Source of the DNA: Hormiphora californensis
Taxonomy: Eukaryota; Animalia; Ctenophora
Reading direction: 5' to 3'
NCBI GenBank assembly: GCA_020137815.1
Contig: CM035356.1
Coordinates: forward strand, 868,001 to 932,000
Length of the DNA: 64,000 bases
Shown one piece after another: positions 1 through 10,666 of this stretch. The notes beneath the pieces were generated by a model that ran no database searches, was not told the origin of the DNA, and saw only the letters and a program-made list of their open reading frames with translations. Within the stretch, counting starts at the first letter, position 1, and each line of letters opens with the position of its first letter. Position numbers and translations under genes: made by a program.

Positions 1-1
1 A

Positions 2-196
2 GTCAAAGTTATCCGCCAGACACTGACTGCAAACTATCGTAAAGCAAGTTCTAGACTGAGTAAACAGTTGACAAAGCGGATCTTGGTGTTAAGGACATTG
101 AGCGGTTTGGGAGTTAACAAGGGGGATACAGAAAATGCTGACACTAATGTAGATAGTATAGAAGATGTGACATTTCATATCGAGGCTGAATTGTGA
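2..196 (+). CDS. 3' end of an unidentified upstream gene (partial)
   Basis: Open frame from window edge VKVIRQTLTANYRKASSRLSKQLTKRILVLRTLSG...FHIEAEL ending at TGA 194-196, followed by AT-rich sequence. Confidence 0.45.
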   Translation, partial: VKVIRQTLTANYRKASSRLSKQLTKRILVLRTLSGLGVNKGDTENADTNVDSIEDVTFHIEAEL

Positions 197-234
197 TGGC
201 TGGACGATATATTTAATTATATTGCTAAAGTCAA

Positions 235-373
235 TTTTTTTTTCAACTGTTCACCCAAAATCGAAATTTCAGTGAAATTTAGAAACTTAGTGGCGTGCGC
301 TATACGTTAACATGTGATAAACACTCAAAACAAATCCGTGCACGACTTTGGAGGGTGAACAGTTGAAAAAAAA
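235..373. mobile_element. Small MITE-like element with ~21-bp terminal inverted repeats
   Basis: TTTTTTTTCAACTGTTCACCC (~236-256) vs GGGTGAACAGTTGAAAAAAAA (353-373). Confidence 0.6.
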
Positions 374-1691
374 TGGAGTATATGCTGGTTTTTTTATTTG
401 TTTCTCCTTCTCTGAGTGTGTCGTAAAATCGTTGTTTCTAATTATTGTTGTTCATCTGAATTAAAACAGGGGGCTTCAATTGTTTTGTTCAAAACCGTGG
501 GGCGCGGGGAGGGAGGGTCGAACAAGGCAAGGCTTCATAGCAAACTAGTTTCATTGTTTTTTTGCTGTCGAGGTTTATGTAGTAGGTGAGGTAGGAATTT
601 CTTGATAAACTTGATAACTCCTGATTTCTCGACGGTCGGAACAGTACGGTAGAATCGGAGGACACATCACACAGCCCACAGGCAAGCGAAAAATAAAAAA
701 TGACACCAATTTCTGCTCTCTAAGTTGCCGCTTTTGGTTTAGGGAAACGCTGCAGTACGTGGTGGAGCAAAGGAGGTCTTTAGATTACACCAAAGTTGTG
801 ATTTTTAACGCTGTAGCAACAGCCAATATTTTTTAAAAGCCACGTTGTCGGTTGGCATTTGCTAAAATTCCAGTGCTGGTTAAGACAGCACTTTAAGTTT
901 AAGTTTAAGTTTAAGTTTAATCACTATTTATCACAAAGTCAATATAAAAATATTAAAACCTTGTCCCGCTCTTACACCAAACATATTTAATATAAATAGA
1001 TATAAAAAATAAGCTACAAGGCTGATGTGAAAGCACCAGCGGTTACCTAAAGCGGGTTAAGCTAGTTCACGATACAATGAGGCAGATAACATCAGCATAA
1101 ACTGCACAATTAAATAACTGAGATACAACGGCTTTTGAAAAAAGTGCACAAACAAACCAACACAGCCCGCAGACAAACAAAACGAACAAACAAACAACCA
1201 AACAAATAAATAAGCAAACAAACAAACAAATAAGTCAACACTAAACAGACAGGCAAACAAGAAAGTTAACAAACAAGCATACATACAAACAAACATACAA
1301 AAGAACAGTCAAATAAATAAATAAATAAACAAACAGGTACAAGTGAACATCAAAATAATAACAACAGACATAATATCAGATGAGACACACACGGTTAATA
1401 GGTAATAATAGAGTTCAGCATCACGAATAGTTTATTGTCCATACATGGCATAGTTTTTTATCGGTAAAAACGTTAAAACGGTATGTATGGATCTTCTTTC
1501 TTCTTTCGTTTCTCCCTTTAGACTCAGTCAATCTGGAACCTCATCTACTCAGACTCTACACAAACTCGTAGGCCAAGATACACTTAAAACAGAAAAAACA
1601 CACTAAGAACCTAAAATTCTCACTACTCTGGCTTGGATGATCCCTCTACTAAGTCTCATGAAGATGTAGGAAGGACAGGGAAATGGGAAAT

Positions 1692-2150
1692 GTAGCAGGT
1701 TAAGGAGGAGGGAGCAGCAGGTTAGGGAGGAAGCAGCAGTGCAGGTTATAATAATAATAATAATAATATCGAATATTTATATCCCGCTATCATGCGTTAA
1801 ATATGCTAGTTCACTACTCGTTTAAACTAGAACTTAAAGATATACTTAAAGAACACCGAGATTATCGTTAAAACTAACACCGCGTCTATAGCGGCCTTCT
1901 CATAGCCAGAGGAATGCCATTCAAGCTAATTTTGATCAAGAAATAATAATAAAGAGAGAAGATTTAGTCCGAGGAAAAAAGTATAAAAAAAATACGTTAT
2001 GGTTAAGGAGGATGTAGCAGGTTATGGAGGGAGCAGCAGGTTGAGGAGGATGTAGCAGGTTTCAGAAGGGAGCAGCAGTGCAGGTTAAAGAGGGAGCAGC
2101 AGTGCAGGTTAAGGAGGGAGCAGCAGGTTAAGGAGGGAGCAGGAGGTTTC
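1692..2150. repeat. Degenerate ~19-nt minisatellite (GCAGGTTAAGGAGGGAGCA-like) in two blocks, ~1692-1748 and ~2001-2150
   Basis: Repeated GCAGCAGGTT/GGAGGGAG units visible directly. Confidence 0.7.
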
Positions 2151-2369
2151 AACGTTGGCAAATGCTACAGACCCATCAGAGCGCTGTTGGGACTCGGGCC
2201 CCTGACTGAGGGCCTAGGGGGCTGGAGGAGGGTACCCCGGCTTTCGCAAAAAAGGGCCTAGGGGGCTGGGGAGGGGCCTGACAGCACTTGTAAACTTTCA
2301 GCGTTGTCGGAAAAATTTGGAGAGCTTCAGCTGAGTCAGTTCCCCGCGGGGAACTGACTCAGCTGAAGC

Positions 2370-2642
2370 GGGGGCGATTATAATCTGGGTGCCTTGCAGC
2401 CTGTTTACAGGTGCGCGCTACCAAAAGAGTATACTTAGACCGACTTTTTTCAAACGGCTATAGTCATGGAACCACATGGCCGATTTGAGTAAACTAAACG
2501 GTATCAGTTAGAGAATCGATAGCCCTAACCGATAACCCCAAACCAAACCCTAACCAGACCCTAACGGATAGCCCTAACCCGTCGCGCGCGCCAAAACTAC
2601 GAATTGTTAGCAATGAAAGGCACCCAGATTTTAACGTTTTCC
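2370..2642. mobile_element. Mutator-like non-autonomous MITE (~273 bp) with 9-bp TSD and degenerate CCCTAA repeats
   Basis: TSD AGCTGAAGC at 2361-2369 and 2643-2651; imperfect TIRs sharing AATCTGGGTGCCTT; two more copies at 42414-42975. Confidence 0.85.
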
Positions 2643-2960
2643 AGCTGAAGCTCTCCGGGGCCCCGGCCTAATAAAAAATTCCCCCGGCCTAATAAAAAAT
2701 TCTAAGTTTTACGCTGTTTTTGTAACGCGCTAAAATAAAATAAGTTGCGATGCATTGTAGCTATTTAAAATGCGCGGCGCGAAAAATCTCCTCTCAAATC
2801 CAGATTTGGATCCAAAAATTGAAGCAAATTTCACAATTTTGAAAATTTTGTACGCCTATCTTGATCTATGCTTGAAAGTTATGCTTACACATCTGTTTGG
2901 CACTGCTGCGTCGTTTTGCTTTAGCTTGAATTTTACCGTAACTCTTGTTTCAGATTGGCA

Positions 2961-4888
2961 ATGTTTGGTTTTAACAAACGCCGTCGAGGTCGCCCAAACG
3001 TTAGAGCTCGGAAAACAGAAGATGATGGTGACACCGCTCCCGCTCCCGATGCTCCAAAGCCGATCGAAAAGAAGGCAGAAAAGGAAAAGAGCAAGGTTGG
3101 AAGCGAGAAGAAGAAAACTTCGAAGCTCAGTTTCCAAGAGGAGGAAGTTGCTCCTGAACAAGAGTTCAAAGTGAAGAAATCCAGCATGAGCAGGAAGCTT
3201 GCCAGAGAAAAGGAGCGTGAGAAAAGCAAGAAAATTAAGGATTATGTCGGTCCAATGTCTCCCGAACATGAGCCTTCACCGCCGCCGCCGCCCCAAATAC
3301 ATGATCAGTTCCCACAGCACAGCGTCCTTCCTCCCTCAACCTCCTCAATACCAGACGCGTACACAATCCATCAGGCGAGGAAGAAAAGGGAGCTGGCACG
3401 GCTCCAACAGCAATCTGACTACATTCCAGTGAAGGAGGATGAGAGAAGGGGAGGAGGTGGAACAGGGATGGATTCAGATGATGAGGAGGAGGGTCGAGTT
3501 GAGATGAGAGTTCACACGGAGGATCTAACAGAGATGGGGGAGGAAATGGAGGAGAGTGAGTGCGTCCAATGGGAGGAGGAACAGCTAAGAAAGGGAGCCC
3601 TTACCAGCGCTGTAGTACCAGATAACATACCCTCTCAACCAGTTTCTGTTGCAGTTGAAATTCAACAACAGCAGCAGGGGACTTTATCACGGGACTACAT
3701 CCCCCAGAATATCCCTCAAACTCTCTCCCTTTCTGAGATCAGAAACAGGTTAACCCAGGAGGTGAAGACCTTTGAGCAAGATGCTCAGGAATGTGATGGC
3801 CGTGTGGAAACTTCAGACAAGGCCCTTGCTGTTTGTAAAGATAAGATAGCGGAGGAAGAGAAATCAATTGAGAGATTGTCATCTGCATTCCAATTTTATC
3901 AGGAAATGCGGTGTTATCTGAATGATTATCTGCAGCTCATATCCGTTAAAGTTGATCAAATTTCTGGATTGGAGGACAGGGTTCTTGAATTGTTTGCAAA
4001 TCAGTCACTCAGCGACAAAGAAATAAGGGGCAAGTACACTGCTCTAACCGAGGAAGGATCACAATTAATGAGCGATGTTCGAGAGGAATTCTGCTCATCC
4101 AGGGCAGTCCGTGAAATGTTTGTAAAATGGAAAAAAGAACAACCAGAGAGTTATAAGGATGCCTACATATCTCAGTGTCTCCCCCGGGTTATGACGCCTC
4201 TTATTAACCTTGAGATGGCAGGGGTGGAACCCACTCCTAGAGAACTCCGCCAGCTTTGAGGAGTTCCCCTGGTTTTTGGATTTGGTGGGCGTTGGAAATG
4301 CCGAACTGTTGCAAGATCTCGTCCAAACGGCTCTCATTCCCAAAGTGACGAGTGTGGTTGAGCGGTGTTGGCGGCCGGGCGTCCTGGCTCAGTCGGAGAG
4401 ATTGGTGGATCTGGTGAAGTTGATATCGGAAGACTACGGGGCGGAGGGGTCAGAGTGGGAGAGGTTAAACCAGGCCATCCTATACAAAGTTAAACAGAGT
4501 GTATCTCAGATAGCAGACGGGGGTGGTAGTGTTAGTGAGTGTACGGGTCTACTTCACGCTATACTGTTATGGGATGGGGTGACAGCCGGGGTGAGGGGTA
4601 TCGCTCTCCAGTCCCTCCTCTCGGAACGTAATACTACCTGAGCTGGAAGAGCTGCGTAGTGAGCCAAGTACTGTTGAGGTGGTGGAGGGGGTCATCAAGT
4701 CAATTCCAAGTCAGTGGTTCGATGAGACACATGTTATGGTGCCCGAGTTGAAGGGTTTTGCGGGGTATCTTGCGAGGTTGGCTAATAAACTCGGGTCAAG
4801 TGAGCAAAGGAGTTATAAGACTGCGTATAAAAGGGTTAAATCAATGCTGCTAAGGATGCATGCTATTGATTTGTTAAAGTCAAAGTAA
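2961..4888 (+). CDS. PAXBP1: PAX3/PAX7-binding protein 1 / GCFC family (Ntr2-like spliceosome disassembly factor); single coding exon with two apparent +1 frameshifts (~4221, ~4624)
   Basis: Motifs IPDAYTIHQARKKRELAR, WEEEQLRKG, FYQEMRCYLNDYL and WKKEQPESYKDAYISQCLPRVM match PAXBP1/GCFC2; ORFs 2955-4259, 4210-4641 and 4679-4888 join on removing one G at each of two G-runs. Confidence 0.85.
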
Positions 4889-4910
4889 ACATTGCACTTA
4901 TTTTATGTTA

Positions 4911-5533
4911 TACTGTGTGATTTTAAATGACTGAGACTGGTATATTGCGAATTGCGTGAAAACTATGGCATCTTTCGACTTCAAATTTTGGGACATGATA
5001 AAACTAGGTTGTAGCAATTTTCTCCTAGTTTTACAGCAAATTTCAATGTTCCTGAATGAATCTATTGCCCAAAAACCTCCTCCAACTTTACACAGTCATA
5101 TCTCTGGAGTCTAATGAGATAGAGAGTTCACATTTTTAGGAGAGACAGATAAGACGATTTCGAATGTTTTGTCTGCTTTACGAGTTGCTACATTTTACCA
5201 TTTGTTCACAGGAACTGTTTAAAGTGATGTAACACGCTCTAATTAGGCCAAATTTAGGTCATTTTACCCCTCAAAGATCACATGTCCAGCTGCATCTAGT
5301 GGGCTAATGAGGCCTTGAACACGCATACGTCACGTGTTACTGTAGAGCTACAGCTCTCCTTTTCCATCTTGAACCAGCAGACATGATCATGATGTCTGGA
5401 AGTGGTAACAAGCTGTAGAAAACCAGACAGACTAGATGCTCTCTACTTCAACGTATCACTCTCTCCCTTTCTCGTTATAAGGTCACGTGACTGGAATTGG
5501 GATCTCGACATGATCACAATGTCTACAAAGCGT

Positions 5534-5619
<86 letters not shown>

Positions 5620-6220
5620 ATGTCGAGATCCCAATTCCAGTCACGTGACCTTATAACGAGAAAGGGAGAGAGTGATACGTTGAAGTAGAGAGCGTCTAGT
5701 CTGTCTGGTTTTCTACAGCTTGTTACCACTTCCAGACATCATGATCATGTCTGCTGGTTCAAGATGGAAAAGGAGAGCTGTAGCTCTACAGTAACACGTG
5801 ACGTATGCGTGTTCAAGGCCTCATTAGCCCACTAGATGCAGTTGGACATGTGATCTTTGAGGGGTAAAATGACCTAAATTTGGCCTAATTAGAGCGTGTT
5901 ACATCACTTTAAACAGTTCCTGTGAACAAATGGTAAAATGTAGCAACTCGTAAAGCAGACAAAACATTCGAAATCGTCTTATCTGTCTCTCCTAAAAATG
6001 TGAACTCTCTATCTCATTAGACTCCAGAGATATGACTGTGTAAAGTTGGAGGAGGTTTTTGGGCAATAGATTCATTCAGGAACATTGAAATTTGCTGTAA
6101 AACTAGGAGAAAATTGCTACAACCTAGTTTTATCATGTCCCAAAATTTGAAGTCGAAAGATGCCATAGTTTTCACGCAATTCGCAATATACCAGTCTCAG
6201 TCATTTAAAATCACACAGTA
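4911..6220. mobile_element. TA-flanked foldback element: ~600-bp near-perfect inverted arms around a (CT)n/(CA)n spacer
   Basis: 4909-5512 is the reverse complement of 5619-6222 with only about 2 mismatches noticed; TA on both flanks. Confidence 0.9.
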
Positions 6221-6385
6221 TATAATGACCCTTGGCCTTATAGTATATTATATAGTTTGACGATTGTTTTACAAAAAATTTCGTTGTAAATTCCCTTAAT
6301 TAGTTCAAAAATTCTATGGCTAACCCAATATAACGTTCTGAATATAGAGAGCTGGATATGTAGAGATACCTTCTCCTGTGTGGAA

Positions 6386-7089
6386 TGTTCAGTCCTCTAG
6401 ACAATTACGTGCTAGGTACTGTTGTTGGCTTCTACCTGACTTCCGAACAGTATAAAAAATACAGATTCAAATACACCAAATCAGGTCAGTAAAAAGTACC
6501 GATGTTAAGTATTGCATTGTTCGACCATCTTTCTCTCTCTCTGTGCCCCTCTTTTACAAATGTAAAGGAGGATTAGAACATAACAATGTACAATAGTTGA
6601 CTGTGACAATCCTGTGCAAACTGCGAAGTTAGTACAACTACTAACAGTATCTTGTTAGTAGTCGACAGGAACCGACCGAATCAGGAGATACTTGTGTCGG
6701 TCGGTTCCTGGTAGTCTACAGTAATCTTTTAACGATAATATCTTCAGCATGGAATGGTAATTTGAAAAGCTGTGACTTCGAGAAGGGTCGAGCTCAACTA
6801 ACATCAAGTGCACCTTGTAACGGGGGCAGTGAAGAATTCATACAGGATGTGAGTTTGGGGTACGGGAGGTAGGACCTGATCTGTATTCTCTCGGGAGAGA
6901 GAGAAGAGAGGAGAAGAGGAGAGAAGAGAGAGGGGAGAGAGAGAGAGAGAGAGAGATAGAGAGAGGGAGAGAGAGAGAGAGAGAAGAGAGGGAGAAAGAG
7001 AGAGAGAGAGAGAGAGAAGAGAGGAGAGAGAAGAGAGAGAGAGAGAGAAGCGAGAGAGAGAGAGAGAGAGAGATGAGAGGAGAGAGAGC

Positions 7090-7120
<31 letters not shown>

Positions 7121-10100
7121 TAGAGGAGAAGAGATAGGACGAGAGAGCAGAGAATAGCTAGAGAGATCTATAGATCTATAGATCGGGATAATAGCGCTGT
7201 TCGAGATGCTCTCTTGCTATATATCTCGCGTATATCTCATGCGCCTAGTTCAACTTTTATTCATTATATAAGTTGATAAGGATAAACTTGCCGTTGAAAA
7301 ACGGGTACCAGACTTAATATTTTCATTCGATCTATTGATAGTTTAATATTTAATTTCATTATGTCGCGAGTCCGTTCTGTGTTTAAGGCACTACTTCATG
7401 GATGATCATATCTTGTATCCCGTCTCGAAATCATTGAACATTATCCTGTTTGTTCCCGTCTTAGCAGCCCAGGTGTAAAAGTCTGCTGGTACTCAACTGG
7501 TAATGGGTAGCCACATATCCGTCCAGCGGATTATTAGAATAGTTTTGGTAAGAACAGGAGGCCTATCCCTACTATAAAGATCCGAACCTTTAATTTAACT
7601 TCCATTTTTGGTCCACTGAGTCTCTAGTCACTATCTACTTGAATGCTATTCCTCTCTCCCTCTTTCTCTTTGATCTTGCTCTTTCTCTTTAATCTCACTC
7701 TTTGTCTTTAATTAATACTTATTATTCCCTTCCAGGTACCACTCAAACTTACTCCACAAATGGAACAAGCCTTACATAAACCTAGAGGGCAAACTAGGGC
7801 GACAGATATCAGCCTACCTTGACTCCCACCCTGATGACCCGGAGGAGTGTTGGTACACTGTAACTAAACCAGGACCGGGAACTGAAGATGATGAGGAACA
7901 GCCACCACCCCTAGAACATGTTGCAAAGAGCAGTGCAGAGAAAGAGAACGTACACCCTACCAAACAGAAGGAGGAAGCTGGGAGAGACCTTCCCGTGTCC
8001 TCTGATAAAGGGGATAACTCACTAGTAATAGATTTAGATAGTGAGGAGGAGACCCCAGCTACTCAGCAGTACGGTGCTTCACAAGACATACCACCTACAC
8101 AGGATATACCACCAACACAGGATATCTCCCCTACTCAGGACATCCCACCAACACAGGACATCTCGCCAACGCAAGACATCTCCCCCACTAAAGAATCCAT
8201 CCAAGGAAGATTGAAAACACCCGAATTATCACCAACCCACGATCCCCAAGAAGAGAAGTTACTGACTGATGGATCTGAGGAAGAAGAAAATGACCTTCCT
8301 GCTGCTCTCTCCCCGTCTGGTGTGCCGGCCACACAGCAGTATAGCGCCACCCAGGACATACCGGGTACACAGGATGTACCGGATATACAGGATACACCCG
8401 CCACTCCCCCTGCCAGTGGTGGTGAGGGTGATGTTCCACCAAGTCAGAGTGATCAGGGTGTGGGTGACGGTGCTAGTCAGGGTGACGGTGCTAGTCAGGG
8501 TGATGGTGCTAGCCAGGGTGACGGTGTGGGTGATACTGCAAGTCAGGGTGACGGTGTGGGTGATGGTGCTAGCCAGGGTGACATTGAACAAGAGGATTCA
8601 CCAGACAGTGAGGAAGAAAGGAGGAAAGAGAAAAAGAAGATGAAATTGCGGGCTAAGCTGGAGGCGAGTAAGGAAAGGAAAATGGAAGCTTTGAGGGAGG
8701 CACGGATAGAGTGGTCTGCGAAACGGAAGAAACTACTTGATATGACAGTCACAGCTGATTCTCAGGTAAACGACTTCTCTGAAAATTAGTGTACTTTATG
8801 TACTTATTTTATCCAATAACTATCTACATACTATGTTATTTTGCCCTACTATTATACCGGGTAACATATGAGCGGATTTTCATAATGTGATTCCTATTAT
8901 TTTATTGAAAACCCCTCTCTCTATCGTAGGCCCAGGGGATTAGACGATCAAAGAGACGTCATATCCCAATAGTTATAGATGATCCTCTCTACGAACTGGA
9001 GAAGATATACAACGCAGAGGGTATTCTAACCGAGTCAAGAAAGGTAAATTGGTAAAGTATTTAAAATGAGAATGAGAGTGGACCGATTCAGAATTGACCA
9101 AGATTGAGTTTTTATTCTCTACTTCCTACACACTATCTATTGTTTATTAAATCCAAAGTACAAGTTGTTTTATTGCAGGTAAAAAAGAAATGCATTGATT
9201 ATAACCTGTCTCACGATCTGTGGGGGAAAGGAAAACCCACCAAGGAACAGGCGAAGAGCGTTGGAATCAGGTAATAGATATATCAGCTGAGTGATGTAGA
9301 ATATATCCCCATTAATTAATTATGCTCAATGTCTATTGTCTAAACTGTTTGACAACAAACAAACACACATACAAACAAACAAACTCCTCTCCACACACAG
9401 GTACTACAAGAAGTTTCCCAGTTCTAAAGAGGAGACCCTGTACAGTAGTGACAGTGACCAGGAAGGGGAGGGAGATGGGGAAGTACCTCCGGGGCCATCT
9501 GCTATGACGTCAGAGGATAGCAGTGAGGGGGAGGATAATGAAGAGAAAGAGCTGCAGGATGAAATACTGTATCAGGTAGAACATTCCCCCAATCTGGTAG
9601 TCTTGATAGTCTGTTGTCCCTCCCTAATTTTCTGTGTTTTTGGGTCTGCGATCCTGTAGGGTGGGTGGTAACCAAAATAGATAGGGTGACGACATGTCGT
9701 CCTATCTATTTTGGGTACCACCCGTCTTTATCAGCTATCTTCATGATATCATTATTTCAGGAGTGGGTGCCATCTGATGGAGACTTTGCAGTGGTAGAGG
9801 ACGAAGTAAGTTCTTTGAATTCAAGTGATGATGAAGATTCCATGCGAAGAGAAAAGGTATTTTAATGATTACTAAATGTGAAAATTTTAGTTGTTAATCT
9901 GTGCCAACTTCCAATTTTCCGAAAATGATCACAACCCCGCTCCGAAAATAACTTCGAATATAAAAGTGTGTCCCCCTCAGACACGGATGAACACACTGCT
10001 CCAGGATACCAGCCAATCAGATGACGAAACACCGGAGAAATCAAGAAGAGGAAGAAAAAAAGAGAAGAAAAGTTAGTTACTACACCCTTATCGTTGACAC

Positions 10101-10601
10101 TGCTCGTTAAGGATAATTTTCAGCTCTCCTCAGTCCTCCCAAATAAGTGCTGCCACGTTCGATATGAGTTTCATGATCAATCAGTTGATATAATGAGCCT
10201 AATAACCTATCGCTATTTTCAGTCTTCTGAAGATGATGAACCTTCGAGATCGAATGGCAAAAGAAAACAGAGGGCCAAGAAAAGTGACCAATGGAGATCT
10301 AAAAAGGTCCGAATAATTTGCATTCGTAACCAACGTTCGTTTTGGAAACACTCTCCACTCTCTCACAAGGAACAGAGGATAGCGGGTAGCGAGAGAGAGC
10401 TAGAGAGAGAGCGAGGCTAGAGAGAAGAGAGAGAGAGAGAGAGCAGAGAGAGAGAGGAGAAGAATAGAGTGAGTATGCGGCGAGAGAGACGAGATAGCTA
10501 TCTGCGAGAGATAGTAGAGAGAGATCTCGCAGACTCACTCTCTCGTATGCTCTAAGCGCTACGAGAAGCGAGACTGCTCGTCTCTCTGCTCCTCTCTCTC
10601 T

Positions 10602-10666
<65 letters not shown>

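Noticed and set aside
2770-3432. Overlapping alternative-frame ORFs around the PAXBP1 start
   Set aside because: Shadow frames of a K/E-rich coding region with no independent motifs
4210-4641. Programmed ribosomal frameshifting or pseudogenisation of PAXBP1
   Set aside because: The same +1 homopolymer pattern occurs in several unrelated genes with no shared slippery-stop signal; sequencing error is simpler
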